DNA of 61,460 nt, counting the filler. It is 10 parts of 10 records of this genome, joined end to end, with 100 filler letters (N's around TTAATTAATTAA, not from the genome) between each part and the next. Parts side by side here need not be neighbours in the genome. Positions count along the whole stretch, not along the records: positions 31,387 to 37,743 come from SRR7504441_6967; positions 37,844 to 50,093 come from SRR7504441_6985; 8 more parts are not named here. One strand, given 5' to 3'. Below are positions 35,797 through 49,316 of this stretch, piece by piece. How positions within the stretch are numbered: the first letter of the stretch is position 1; every line of letters starts with the position of its first letter. A model generated the notes under the pieces. It had not been told where the DNA came from. It saw only the letters and a program-made list of their open reading frames with translations, and searched no databases. Position numbers and translations under genes: made by a program.

Positions 35797-36756
35797 ATGG
35801 AGCCGGGTGCCCGGCCGGAGGACGCGCCCGAGGATGCGCCTGAGCACTGCCCCGGGACCCAGTCGGAGCGGGCGGGCAAGTCGGCGGCGTGCGAGGGCTG
35901 TCCCAACCAGAGCATCTGCGCCTCAGGCCAGCCGCGGCTGCCGGACCCGGAGGTGGGCCAGGTGGCGCGCAACCTGGCCCAGGTCCGGCACAAGGTGCTG
36001 GTGCTCTCCGGCAAGGGCGGGGTGGGCAAGAGCACAATGTCCTGCCAGCTGGCCCGCGGCCTGGCCCGGGACCCGGACCGCGAGGTCGGGCTGCTGGACA
36101 TCGACATCTGCGGCCCGAGCGTCCCGATCATCATGGGGCTCCGGGGGGAGGGCGTGCACAAGAGCAACCTCGGGCTGGCGCCGGTGTACGCGGACGACAA
36201 CCTGGCGGTGATGAGCATCGGGTTCCTGCTGTCGGACCAGGACCAGGCGGTCATATGGCGAGGGGACAAAAAGACCGGGATGATAAAGCAATTCCTAAAG
36301 GATGTGCACTGGGACGCCCTGGACATCCTGCTGGTGGACGCGCCCCCGGGCACCTCGGATGAGCACCTTGCGGTCAACAGCTACCTCAAGGACGCCGGGG
36401 TGGACGGGGCGATCATTGTGACCACCCCGCAGGAGGTGGCGCTGCTCGATGTTCGCAAGGAGATCAACTTTTGCCGCAAGGCCGGGATCAAAGTGCTCGG
36501 GGTGGTCGAGAACATGAGTGGATTCGTCTGCCCAAACTGCAGCGGGACCTCCCAGATCTTCGAGGCGTCTAGTGGGGGGGCGGCCAAGATGTGCGTGGAG
36601 ATGGGAGTTCCGTTGCTGGGCCAGTTGCCACTGGATCCCAAGCTACTCCAGGCGTGCGAGGCCGGCAACTCGTTCTGGGAAGAGGCCGGCGAGGGTAGCC
36701 CGACGCTCGCAGCACTAGATGGGATAGTCAACGCACTCGACGCCGCATTGCAATAA
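35797..36756 (+). CDS. NUBP1: Cytosolic Fe-S cluster assembly factor NUBP1/Nbp35
   Basis: N-terminal CPG...[37 protein letters not shown]. Confidence 0.97.
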   Translation: MEPGARPEDAPEDAPEHCPGTQSERAGKSAACEGCPNQSICASGQPRLPDPEVGQVARNLAQVRHKVLVLSGKGGVGKSTMSCQLARGLARDPDREVGLLDIDICGPSVPIIMGLRGEGVHKSNLGLAPVYADDNLAVMSIGFLLSDQDQAVIWRGDKKTGMIKQFLKDVHWDALDILLVDAPPGTSDEHLAVNSYLKDAGVDGAIIVTTPQEVALLDVRKEINFCRKAGIKVLGVVENMSGFVCPNCSGTSQIFEASSGGAAKMCVEMGVPLLGQLPLDPKLLQACEAGNSFWEEAGEGSPTLAALDGIVNALDAALQ

Positions 36757-37011
36757 AAAGTGAATAAAAAGACGGTGTCGTACTGAGTGCGTACTCGTAC
36801 GAGACTAGTCTTGTACATAGTCATCGTAGTCATACTCAATTATTATTAATTAATGGTTAATGGTTTTAAGATCACTCCCTATGGATATTCGGAATGGAGT
36901 TGTGATAGCACCGTTGATCTAGACAATGTAGAAAACTCAGTAGCATTGACTCAGCATTGATCATTGATTAATAGATTGTTCAAGCCAGTGAAGCCACTTA
37001 ATTTTGGAGCT

Positions 37012-37743
37012 TTAGTTGGGGCCTAACCGGGCTATTTGTCGCTTCTGCCAGTCGCGTGTTTCTTGGTCCAGCGCAGTTAGAGCGGTGTGCTTGTTCACCC
37101 GACCAAAGAACGAGCCTGGGCTCCCCTGCACATTGTGCTCGGTTCCGTGGAATAGGCACACAAGCACTTCGTAGCTGTATTCTTCGAGCTCTTGGGTCCT
37201 TTGCTGGGCCATCCGCTTGACCTGCGCCTGGTAGCTCTGCCTTGGCTTGTTGATAAGCACAGTCTCGAGCATTCCGCGCTTGGCATCGCCTCGGACTCGC
37301 GCCAGTTGCTCGGCATCGAAACCTGAGGCATAAAAACCCATGAGCAGGCCCAGGCCCAACAATCCTAGCGCTCGCCTGATAGAGGGCCGGTCTGGACCTC
37401 CACCGCCCTGCCCAGCCGATCAGTCTGAGCAACTAGCCCAGACGGACCAGCTATCCATCTCTTGGTCGCCCATCACGGCCAACTCCTTGGCACTCGGCCT
37501 GCGCTCGATCGCCTGGAGCGCCGCGTCGAGCTTCTGCTGCTGGAGATCCCGCTTGTCAAGCACGGCCTCCGCCTCGCGCTCGACCCCCCACTGGGCCGCC
37601 GCCATCTCCATCTTCTGCCGCCGCTTCTGCTCCTCGTCCGAAACCCAGCTGCTCTCGGCCGAATGCTCTCCTAGCTTGGCCTCCTCCTCCGCTGCAGCCT
37701 TGCTTGCCTCCTCCTCAGCAGCCTTCCTCGCTGCCTCCTCCTC
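37012..37743 (-). CDS. 3' part of a hypothetical protein (EAAK-rich coil plus hydrophobic segment)
   Basis: Two coding-like ORF pieces separated by a probable intron; no family recognised. Confidence 0.55.
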
Positions 37744-37842
37744 NNNNNNNNNNNNNNNNNNNNNNNNNNNNNNNNNNNNNNNNNNNNTTAATTAATTAAN
37801 NNNNNNNNNNNNNNNNNNNNNNNNNNNNNNNNNNNNNNNNNN
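37744..37842. other. Artificial contig spacer
   Basis: N-run / TTAATTAATTAA / N-run. Confidence 0.98.
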
Positions 37843-38790
37843 NGCAGCCGGGCTGGCTCTGCGGGCGGCGGCCGGGTGCGGGCTGCTCCGGCCGGCCTGA
37901 CCGGCGGGCAGCGAGGGTCGTCTGGGCGAGGCCCGCTGGAGCGCAGATCGCTGGCCGGAGCCATTGGCGCTGGCACGCTGCGAGGGTGTGCGGCCGGAGG
38001 GGCTTAGAGGCTCAGGGCGGGGCCAGGCGATAGGTACTGGTGCGTGTGGGGCGCAGACAAAAGAGCTGTCAGAGAGCTCTGCGCCGGGCTGACGCTGCCG
38101 GCGGACGGGCGGGTGGGGCGTGGGAGGTCGGATGCGGGTGATCGGCCGGTCAGGTCACGTTCGCCGGCTTGTCGGAGCACTTGCTGCAGCCGGTGCGGGC
38201 CAGTTTCAAAGTGCTGGCCAAGATTAAGTTCACTGTAGCCCCCGGCTCGCCCGGGCAGTCAGGCCGGGCCAGATGCTAGTCTACCGCGCCGGCGGGTTGG
38301 ACGGGGGCGGGACTGAGCTGCTCGAGCCGGGCGATGCCGAGCGCGTGACTGAGCACTGGGAGCACTCTGACGAGCTCAGCTATGTGCAGGCCAGGATCCG
38401 GTGAACCCTTGCCCAGCACAGAGCGGACGGCCGGCAGGGACGGCCCGACCGCCTGTGTGCGCGGCCCGGAAGGGGAAGCGGTGGCCTGGGGGCTCACGCA
38501 CAGCGAGGGCGCGGTGAGGCTGCTGAATGGATCGTGTCGTTACTGGCCGGGTGCAGATCGGTGCGGTGTTTACTATGCCCGAGCACAGGAGGCAAGGGCA
38601 CGCACTTGCAGTGGTCAGGGCGCTGGTGGGCCGGACTCAAGCGCTGGGCCGGACGGCTTATTGCTTTGTGCGGACCGACAATCAAAGCTCGTTGCAGTTG
38701 TTCGCTAGATGCGGATTCGAGCCAGTCGAGCCTGCCGTGTTCTGGCTCATGGGACAAGCGCTGACAGACGATAGCGACTCGGAAGATTGA
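37843..38790 (+). CDS. GNAT (FR47/glycine N-acyltransferase-like) acetyltransferase, 5' truncated
   Basis: IGAVFTMPEHRRQGHA...NQSSLQLFARCGF (GNAT motifs A and B). Confidence 0.8.
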
Positions 38791-38891
38791 TGTTAAATTG
38801 ATTTTATTTGATTGAAGCGGTTGAAGCGCACGAATCGGCTACGAATCGGCATTGCCGTTAGCCGGTTCCGAAGAGCCCGAGCAACTGGTCG

Positions 38892-41800
38892 ATGCCGTGC
38901 TGCGGAGGCAAGCCGTGTGGCGGCCCGAGCGCGCCCCGGGCGCTGGCTCCAGACAGCCGCTACCCCGCTCCGCCCGTGGAGGAGCACCGCTGGCGCCAGT
39001 CGGCCGCGGCGCCCCAGTTCGACAGCCCGAGCCGGTGCGGGGCCGACCCGCCGTACACGTACTCCGGGGCCCATCTGCACGCCTGCCACTTCCCGCTCGG
39101 CGGCTTTGGGGCCGGAAACGTGATGCTGTGCGGCGACGGCACACTCCAAGGGTGGACCGTGCGCAACCAGTGCCGGGCCGACGACGGTGCGCCGCTACAT
39201 CGTAGGAGTAGGGATGGGGTCGTATTCAGTATCCTCGGCTGCTAACTCAGCGCCCGGGCTGCTCTTCTGACCCCGGGGGCTCAGGCGGGCCGGGCGACGC
39301 GCCGCTGCCCATGGACGACATGCCGTGCAACTTCTTCGGGATCCGGGCCCACGCGGCCGGCCAGCCTGCTGTCCAATTCGTGCTCGCCTCGCCTGAGAGC
39401 TACACCGTGGCCAATCAGGCGCTGCCCGCCCACCGGGAGGCGGCGGTGAGTCGACAGGCGGTCGAGCGGCTGGAGCAGCTGCCTGGGGTGCGCGGGCTCA
39501 GCATGGTTGGCAAGTACCCGGTGGCTGAGCTATCGTACGACGTGCCCGGGCTGCCTGTCGAGCTCAAGCTCGAGGCGCTCAACCCGCTGATACCGAACGA
39601 CCCGAAGGCCTCGGGCCTCCCGACCGCCGTGTTCAGCTTCAGTGTGCACAACCCGGGGACGGGCGCGGTGGCAGTTGATTTGTTTGAGTCACAGATGAAC
39701 ATGGTCGGTTGGGACGGTCAGACTGACTGCACCGGGGGCAACACTCCCTTCTGGGGCGGGAATGACAACAAGCCGTTCGCCAGCAGCACGCTCGCCGGGC
39801 TCGAAATGTCCAACCAGACTGTGGCCGCCGATGACGAGGCTTTTGGCACACTGGCAGTGGCTGCCGTCCAGCAGGATGGCGTGGCCGTCTCGGTACTCGC
39901 CGCCTATGAGAGCGAGCAGCAGCTGTGGGACGCCTTCTGCGCTGGCAAGGCCACCCCGGCCGGCTCGACGCCCAGCTCTGCAGGCTCGGCCAGCGGCAAG
40001 TCGTGGTGTGGGGCGGTTGTGCAGAGTGTGACAGTGCAGCCTGGCCAGACCGCCACACTCAAGTTCATCCTGGGCTGGCACTTCCCCAACCGCGGGCGCG
40101 AGTCGAGCGTGGGCAACACCTACGCCAGCCGACTGCCGAGCAGGCTTGGCAATATGTACAACAACTGGTTCAGCGACGCGCTCAGCGTGTGCACGTATGT
40201 GCAGCAGCACTCGGACTATCTGGTGGAGAGCACCCGTGTGTACAGGGATACGCTGTTCGGGAGCAGCCTGAGCCCCGAGCTGCTCGATACGGCTGCTGGG
40301 AGGCTGGCCACGATGCGGTCAGCTACGATGTTCTGGACAGAGGCAGGGCTAGTGCTCGGGACGGAGGGCAACGGCTGCTGCCCGCTCAACTGCAGCCACG
40401 TGTATGGCTACACCACCCTGCTCGAGCGGCTGTTCCCTGAACTGGCCAAGGACATGAGGATCAGCGATTTTGTGCGGAACTTTGACCCAAAAATCGGTGT
40501 GACGATGCGTTTCGGGAATCAAGGCTTTGCAATCGACGGGGCGCTGGCCTCTGTGATTAAGACCTACCTGGTGGTCCGGCAGGCCGACCCGACAGTCGCT
40601 TGGCTGCCGCAAGTGTGGCCGAACGTCAAGGTGCAGATGCAGATCCTGATGACCAGCTTTGATGACGGCACCGGCGTGATCCGAGTGGCGCAGCAGAACA
40701 CTTACGACACAGCGATGCTCGGAGCCAACACCTTCATCGGCTCATACTACGTCACGGCGCTTCGAGCAGCCGGGCAGATGGCCAGGCTGATGAAGGATCC
40801 CGAACTGGCCAGCGCATATGAGGCCAGGGCCATGCTGGCTGTACAGAACTACGAGCGAATTTGCTGGAGAGAGGACTACGGTTACTACGTGGCCGACGTG
40901 ACGATCAAGGACTGCCAGAATTCGTACGGGCCGGGTTGCTTCGTGGACCAGCTGTGCGGGATCGGGCTCTCGAGCGCCTGTGGGCTCGGCCACGTGTTTG
41001 ATCCGCAGCACGAGGCCAGTGCGAGAGCGGCGATCGCCAAGAACAACATGGTGAGCTGCCCGCCATTCCACGACCTGCAGAAGCACTTCTTCGACGGGGA
41101 TTCGGGGATCACGGTGTGCAGCTACCCGAACGGCAAGCTCGGGCAGGGCATGAAGTACGAGAGCCTGGTCAGCTCCGGGTTCACCTCGCCTGTGATCGCT
41201 GGCTGCGTGCTCGACCGGAACCTGCCCGACGCAATCAAGATCGCTGGCAAGCTACGCGAGCGTCACGATGGCAGGAATCGGTCGCCCTGGAACGAGCCGG
41301 AGTGAGCCGGCAGCTCGGGCCGGGCGCTCACTGGCTGCAGGTGCGGACTGCTCTACAGCCGGGCGATGGCACACTGGTGAGCCGAGCGAGCCACCAGCTG
41401 AGCAACTGGCAGGAACATCTTCGACCAGTGCTGCGGGCACAAATACGACAGCACGAGCGGCGAGCTCTGCTTCGACCCACGGCAGAACCCGGAAACTTTC
41501 GAGTGTCTGGTGGTGATGCACCAGGGCTGGTCAGCTTGCCTGCAGCTGGCCGTATTCAGGCCGGGGGCAGGGGCCAGTACCGTCAGACAGGACCATCCGG
41601 GCTGGCTGCTGGCAAGCTCACACTCAGCTGCCTGATGGGCCAGATGCAGCTGACCAGTCTGACTGCGGTGGGTTTGCTCGCAGCAGCTGGGTTTAGGCTA
41701 GGCCAGGTGAGCTCTGCGACCAAAGCGAGTGCCACTCTGGACGGGCAGTCGGTGTCGGCCTCAATCAGTGGTGGCAAGGTCACGCTGGGCAGTGGGCTGG

Positions 41801-42090
41801 CGATCAAGCAAGGCAGCACACTCACTATCACGCTTGGGGCCAACCCAGGCGACGCGCTCATCACTGTGCTGGCAGACAGCCCAGCCGGAGCAGAGATCAG
41901 GAAGCGACCGGCGGTACAAGCCAAGCAGCAAAGCTTTGGCCAGACACAAGCAGTTGCAATGCCCGTCGCAGCACTGCCCAACCGAGCTGGCGATTGGCCG
42001 TTGCTCGTGCTCGCAGCCATCTTGATCTTTGTGCTGGGAGCTGTGTTTGGTGCTTGGGGTATTGGTGCCCTGAGCCAGCTGTACGTATGA
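38892..42090 (+). CDS. GBA2: GH116 / non-lysosomal glucosylceramidase-like glycosidase with C-terminal TM helix
   Basis: FPLGGFGAGNV, GTEGNGCC.NC.HV, QNTYD, DQLCG, RHDGRNRSPWNEPE|CG..YSRAM. Confidence 0.88.
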
Positions 42091-42269
42091 TTGTCATCAT
42101 GATGTCCTCAATCTTATCCTCACTCAATTTACTGTACAATCAATTACTTGTAGTATCTGTTTTGCACAGTGTCATGTAACATTATATTGATCGGCTAGGA
42201 CAAGCTAGTAAATGTAGCCGCCTGATCAAAGCACAATGATTCTGAATAGCTTTTTATTTATACTGCTCA

Positions 42270-44462
42270 TTAATTGTATGAATTCTGTTGCCCTTTGCCA
42301 CAGACAGCACAGGTGCCACTCACCGCCATGGGCCTTTGATGCTGCCTGCCTCGCCCAGCCGGCGTGTCTTGCCAGTCTCGCCCATCACGCGGGGCTGGGT
42401 CGGCTTGGCGCTCTGCTTGAACCCAACCATCTTCGAGTCCTCGCGGTAGACCTCTAGCAGCTCCGGCCCGGTCACTTGCTCGGCCCGGTCGATCACCCGC
42501 CCGACCAAATCGGTTATCCCGATGCACTTGTATTGGAACCCGGCAAACAGGTCGTGATGGCTCCGGATGGCCGGCGGGGCCTGCGCGAGCATCTGGACTG
42601 TGGAGAGCGTCTGGTCGGACACGCACATGTTCTGGTCCATGGTCATCTGGTCGGCGACCAGCTGCGAGATCGGCTCGCCGTCCTCATTCTGCCACACGTT
42701 CTGCGGGATCTGTTTGTGCTCCTCGTCCAACCCGTCCACGAACTGCTGCCCGCTCGACACCTCGACCGCCTCGTCCTGGATGGTGTTGGCCTCCGCGAAG
42801 ATCAGGTCCATCTTGCGCTTGACGCCGTCGAGCATCAAGCACGCCTGCGTCCTCATCTCCCTCGCCTCCACGTGCAGCAGCGCATTCGACTGCCTCACCT
42901 GCCCGGCCTCAGCCCCGCCCCAACGGCCGTGCACCTTGCTCGGGCTGGCCAGCGGCGACAGGCTCTTGGGCGAGAGCACTAGCGCGGACGCATTCGCCTG
43001 CTCGGGCTTGGGCTTGTTTGTCTCGGTCCGCAGCTGTGAGTTGGCTGTCTGGCTGTAGAGCGTAGAGCTCTGTGACACGCGCGGGACCCGCCGCTGCTCC
43101 TTGAGCTGGCCGTAGTAGCTCGGCTGGCCGCTCGGGGTCGCCTTGCCCAGGGTAGTGGCTCCGCTCTCTTCAGGCAGCTGGCTGAGCCTCTGGGCACGTG
43201 AGAGTGGGCTTTGTGTCGGGGCAGGCGACTCCTCCTCGAGCGGCATCGGGGTCTCGTAGAACTTGGCCCGGAGCTCAGCCAGCGCCTTCTCCCGCTCCTT
43301 GAGCCGGACCGACCCGCGCTTGTGTGCCGCCTTCTTGCCCTGTTGCGGTGCTCGCGAGCCCTTGTGCGCACGGTCCTCCTCCTTCCGGAGGCACCTCTTG
43401 ATCTTGTCGGCTACCGAGCACGGCGGCGCCACCCTGCGCCCCGCTCGCCCTGGGCCAGCCGGCCTGGCGGCACCGGGTGGCCGGCTGGAGGTCAATGGCG
43501 AGCACGGTGTCGCTTTCTGGGGCGGCTCGCGCCATCTCCATTGCGGGGACCGCGCCGATCTGACTGAGCTGGGGGGCCGGGTGCTTGGCCAGTTCGGAGT
43601 CGGGCACCCGCTGCACCAGCTGGGCGAAGCTCCGCTCGAGCCACGGGTTGGCCCATTGCGGCAGGCTGCACCCCCAGATGAGCGGCACGTGACACGGCTC
43701 AGCTGCCTGGCATACGAGCCAAAGTCTGAAGCCACCAGCTCGACCAGCGTGCCGGCCGCCTGCTTACAGTCGAACATCTGCCCCTTGCTCAGCCGCTGCC
43801 GGGCTGCCGCCGCTGACCTCGCACGCCACCAGGAAGCTGAGCGTGCCCGCAGGTGTGAGACCCATAGCCTGGCAGAGTCAGCACAGACCGGGGCTGCTGG
43901 TACCGGCAGGTTGCGCTCGGCGATCTCGAGCGAGTTTTGGAGCGCGCCGTGCTGCACTTGGAACTCCTCCTTGAGCACCTTGAACACGGTGCTCGCCGAC
44001 GCGTCGCCCGCGATCTGCCGCTTGCCCTGCCCGGCCGTCAGCCCCGGCCCCGGCCGGCCGGCCGCCTCCTCGTACGCCTGCTCGAGCTGGGCCAGGTTCT
44101 GGCGGGTGCGGACCACCAGTTCTACCGTCTCCCGGTTTTGGAGGAACGAGAAAAACTGGCGGAGCGCCTCGAGCTGGAGCACCGACCGGGTCCACTCGCG
44201 CGGTCCGAAGGCCTCCGGGCTGAGGTAGATGGCCCCAATCCCGCACACACTGGCCCGGCCGCTCAGCCCGGCGGCCAGCGCTGCCAGCGCACACGCGGCG
44301 GTCCTTTGCGACAGCCCCGCGAATGTATCCGGACTCGCGGACGGCCACCGCTCGGTTGACGTTGAGGTACTTTTCGGAGGCCGGGCCGGCCTCGCCGTCG
44401 GTGATCTCGATGATGAGCGCTTGGTCCCCGTCCACCTTCCAGCCCTGCGGGAGCTGCGGCAT
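42270..44462 (-). CDS. Multi-exon hypothetical protein
   Basis: Start MPQLPQGWKVDGDQ; coding-like blocks separated by ~40-nt GT..CAG segments; no family recognised. Confidence 0.65.
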
Positions 44463-44641
44463 CCTGTCTCGCGGCGGTCCCAGTCGCCCACCAGCCCAGG
44501 CAGAGCAGTGCCTCGAACACAACGGCTCTCACCAAACAACCGTTGCTCTTGTTTGCTTGCAAACACCCAGCCCACGCGCACAGCGCCGGCCTCGGTGTTG
44601 GGTTCCCTCGGTGTTGGGCGCGGCCGGCGGAGCGTCGAGCC

Positions 44642-47600
44642 ATGGTGGGGACCACGCCGCATCTGCTCCCGGTGCGCCCGGGGCTGGCTGGCCCGGCTGG
44701 CTCACCCTGGGGCCGCAGGGCATGCCAGTCTGGATGCACAACCAAGGCGACAGCTGGAGCCGCGCCGTTCTCGTCAAACCGGAGGGCGCCGGCAAGCCAG
44801 GCTGCTGGTGCCCCGCGCCCGGACCGCTGCCCCCCTGACCGCCCGGCAGGTTCGCCCGCCTGGCCGACGATCCGCTCAATCGGCGGAACGTGTCGTGCCA
44901 CGTCGACCAGCTGCTCGCCCGATGCGAGGACGAGGACGAGGCCATGTCCGGCAACCTGACGGTGCCCGGCCGGCCGGATCGGCTCACCCGGCCGGCAGTC
45001 GCTGCGCGAGGTCTCGGAGCCGGAGGTTATGAGCGCGCTGGCCCGGCGGTATGCAGTCGGTGCGCCGGTGGGCGGGCCGGCCGCCAGCCGGTGGGCCAGA
45101 TGAGGTGTTCACGTACGCGGGGCCGGTGCTGGTGTCGATGCGGCCGATGGCGGCGCTGAGCAGCTACACCGGCCAGAAGCTCAAGGAGTTCCACTATGCG
45201 CGCGCCTCCGACACACCGCACCTGTGGACTGTCGGAGCGCAGGCGTACCGCTCGATGGTCAAGCAGCAGCTCTCGCAGACCGTGCTGCTGACCGGGGCGG
45301 CCGGATCGGGCAAGAGCTTCTGCCTCCGCCAGCTGGTCCGGCAGCTGCTGGATGGGAGCACTCTGAGGCTCGATGAGCCGGGCAAGAAGCTCAACAGCTC
45401 GCTCATGATCCAGCAGCTCGAGGCTTCGATGGAGATGCTCCGACTGATGGGCTCGGTGGCCATCGCCGACAGCCCCGAGTCCTCCCGGTACGTGACAGTC
45501 GTCGAGGGCCAGTTTGACGCCGAGCCCGCTCTGGTCGGAGTCGGGCTGCAGGCTGTGCTGCTCGACAAGTCGCCGCTCACAGTCGGGCACAACGGGTTCT
45601 CTTTCCAGATGCTCCACCTGCTCTCCGATCGCGGGGCCGCACGGTACAAGTTCCTGCACATCGAGCCCGGGGCCCAGTTCCGGTACTTGGGAGACAGGCA
45701 GCTGCCCAAGGTGGCGCCAGTAGGCCAGAGTCTAGCGGGGACCGCCGACTGGGAGATCGTGCTGCGCTGCCTGGAGCTGCTCGAGGTGAGCCGGAACGAG
45801 ACCTCCTTCTTCCTGCAGCTGCTCGCGGCCGTGCTCCACCTCGGGAACCTGGACTTTGTGAACGAAGGAGTGAATGACCAAGGCTCGGAGATGTCTCGCG
45901 CAATGCCGAGCGACCTCGGCCTGTTCAAGCTCATCTGCCAGCTGCTCTGGATAGAGGAGGAGCTGGTGCTCGAGGCGCTGGTCGGCAAGAGCCCGGACGC
46001 GCCCGACATGAAGCACAAGGGCCGCACGCTCGAGGGCAAGCTCCCGACCGTGGCCCAGGCCCGGCACAACGCGGATTTGATGGCCCAGACCGTGTATCAG
46101 GTGGCGTTCGACTGGGTGGTGGCCACCAACAATCACCTGCTGGCCAACCTGGAGCGCGAGGCGGGCACGGCGTTCCGTCTGAATCTGATGGATGTGCCCG
46201 GGCTGGTGCAAGACGGGACTTATGGCGGGCTTTGCTCCAACCTGATGTTTGAGATGGTCCAACAACGGATATGGCGCAACTTCCTCGGGGGGCCGGCCGC
46301 CAAGCTGCTCGCCGAGGGGATCGACTTTGCAATCCAGCGCCCGGCAGCCGACGGCGTGCTCGAAGTGATTGTGGGCGGGCAGTACCCAGGTGTGCTCTCT
46401 ATCATGTCGGAGATCCACTCGATGACCAAGGAGACGCTCTGCATGCTGCTCAGCAAAATGCGCCAGGTCGAGCCGAGCCAGTCTGTACTCTCAGCAGTGA
46501 GCGAGCAAGGTTTCACTGTCTCCCACACCGGCGGTGACGTGAGCTACGACTCAGAGCTGGTGCTGGCGGTGTGCGGCGGGCTGTTCGGGCTGGACATCGG
46601 GGTGGTGCTCCAGCAGAGCGGGAACCGGATCCTGCGCGGCGGGGCTGGGATGCTCCCGCAGGGTGCCAATGCGTTCGAGGGCTTCAAGGCTCTCGCTGAG
46701 ACGGCGCTCTCCGCGATCAATCCTTACTCGACTCACGTGGTGGTTTGCCTCAACCCGAGCCACCAGCCGATCGGCCGGGCCGACGTGCAAACCGCTCATG
46801 ACTGCGACCACGCGCTGGTGATAGCCCAGGTGCGAGGCTCGGTGCTGCCCGAGCTGCTCCACTGGGAACGGAACGGATTCACCGAGTGGATCCCACACGG
46901 CCAGTTTGTACGCGAGTACCGGTACCTGCTCTCGGAGGACGATCTTACCAGCATGCCGCTCAAGCAGCTCTGCCTCAAGGTGCTCTCGGCCACGCTGCCG
47001 CCGGATGCGTACGCGATCGGCGACCGGCACGTTCTGCTCAAAGGCGACAAGACCCGCGCACTGGCCGCCCACCTGGCCGCCCGGCGCGAGGCCGCCGCGG
47101 TGGCGATCCAGGCGCGCGCGCGCGGAGTGATTGGCCGGATCCGGTTCCGGCGGCTGTGGCGGATCAAGAACACGGCAGCGAACGACCTGAAGCGTGTTTT
47201 GCGAGGGTTCAAGCAGCGGGAGGAGTTTGAGCTGACCCGGATCCGGATGCTCGAGGCCCAGCAGCTGCTCGGACGAGTGGCCCGCGGGCACCTGGCCCGG
47301 CTGTCAATGATCGACCACAAGCCGTCAAAGTACTTTTGTGCGGCGTACAACGCCTGGAACAGCGGGCTGACCATCTGGGAGAAGGCGTACCACGCCGCTG
47401 TCACGTTCAAGAAGCTGTACCGCGGGCACTCTGTCCGCAAGTGGTACTGGGGCTACACCGACAAGAGCGGCCGCGAGATGATCGGATTCCGCGAGTGGAA
47501 GATCAGCGCGTACACCGTCATCCAGAAGCACTACCGCGGCTACCTCGGGCGCCGCCGGGCTGCAGCAATGGCCACTCGGGTGTACGCGGCGTGCGTGATC

Positions 47601-49316
47601 CAGGAGAGCTACATCAAGCACTTGGTCCGGCTCAACGCCTACTCGACCCGGATCCAGCGCTGGTGGCGCGCTATCATGGCCGAGAGAGCGTTTGGGTGGG
47701 TGCACATGAAACTGAGTGACGCGGCGCTCAAGATCCAGCGAGTGTTCCGCGGGCACAAGGGCCGCGACTTGGCGGCCAAGTGCGGAGTGATCAACACGTG
47801 CTGGGACCTTTGGATCGCCGCTGTCAAGATCCAGCGCTGGTTCCGGCCACTGCTCGAGGACATCATGATCCGCCGGAGGTCGCGTGCCGCCACCAAGATC
47901 CAGAGGGCCTGGCGCTCGGCGGTTGCGCGGGCCGCCTGGCTGTGGGTGCACTGCCAACTCAACGACTCGGCTACCCAGATCACCAAGGCGTACCGCGGGT
48001 ACAGCTCGCGCAAGAAGACGCTCGCGCTCAAGGCAAGCTCGCACCACCAGTCGATGCTAGATCAGCCACTGGCCGCCCGGACTCGCTCGGCCGCGCTGGG
48101 TCCACTGGGCGGCGGTCCCGACGGCGGGTCCACCACCCAGCGCTCGGAGCAGTCCGAGTCGGAGTGGCACCAAGGCCCCGATGCCAACTGGCGGGACGAC
48201 ACAGACAGGGGCGCTACCCAGCCGGCAGGCGGGTACGCCGCTGCTGGTGGCGCCACCGCTGGTCCCAATGGGGCCACCCGTGGCCCTGTCGCAGGGATGG
48301 AGCAGCAGCGGCCGCGCCGGCCCAAGTTCTCGCTGACAAAGCCGAGCGCCTCCAACATCACCGACGCCAAGGCGGCTGAGCGCAGGCGAGCGGGTGCTGA
48401 GCCGTTCACTCCGATGATCAACGAGAAGTCTCAGACGATGAAGCGGTCCGGGCGGGTTGAAGACAGGTTGGAGCAGGCGCACAAGGCGCACCTGGAGCGG
48501 ATGGAGGCCCAGCGCCGGGCCAAGCTGGAGAAAGACATGGAGCAGAACTCGAAAGGGTACAAAATGAGCAAGGCGTCGCGTCGGATGACCTCGCAGTACG
48601 GAAGCATCTATGAACGGTTCCCAATGTACGAGAAGCAGGCCAAGGCCAACCTAGACAAGGCGCGCGAGGAGCAGGGCAAGGCCGAGGAGCAGACTCTCAC
48701 ATTCCACCCCAAGATCACTAAGCCAGCCCAGGCGATGGAGCGGACCCCGGCCGTGTGGGAGCAGTGGTACCGAGACAAGTACAAGCGGCTCAAGGAGCTC
48801 GAGCGGGCCGTGCGCTGCCAGGAGGCCCAGGATGTGCGCGACCCGCAGATCTCGCGAGGGACCGCCAAGCTGGCCGCCAAGCGCAAGGACGCTGACAAGT
48901 CGGTGTACGACAGGCTGTACGCCTACCAGGGCAAGTACCGGGAGAACCGGGAGAATCTGATTCGTGAGGAGGAGCAACGGTACAGCCAAGAGACCAGTAC
49001 CACAGCCAGAAAGCCTTACAGGCCGTCCAAAAAGCAGGTGCGAGTGGAGGACGACTCTGGCACCGCCTCGCAAATGTTCTCGAGCATAGCAATGCAAAGT
49101 GGCGATGTGCGGCATTCGTACCAACCGACAGTCAGCGCAAGATCCACAGAGATCATGCGTCAAAAGCAGGAGCGAGCACTGCAGATGCTTGAGGGGTCTG
49201 GGCAGGAGTCACTTGGGTCGCGGGTCGAATCACAACTCGGGGACCGTGCACATCAGCGCAGCCTTGACCAGTGGAATAGCATGTTAAATAGTTTCAAGGA
49301 GGACTTTGATCGATAG
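44642..49316 (+). CDS. Divergent myosin-like protein: SH3-like N-terminus, degenerate motor, many IQ motifs, repeat-bearing tail
   Basis: TYAGPVLVSMRP, PHLWTVGAQAYRSM, LTGAAGSGKS, AAVLHLGNL, FTVSHTGGDVSY, VVCLNP; multiple IQxxxRG motifs. Confidence 0.88.

Noticed and set aside
41303-41305. TGA interrupting GBA2 (NEPE*), possible stop reassignment or selenocysteine
   Set aside because: It lies in a GT-AG intron (41302-41340) whose removal gives NEPECG. Other internal stops examined also fall in introns, and TAA, TAG and TGA all end genes.
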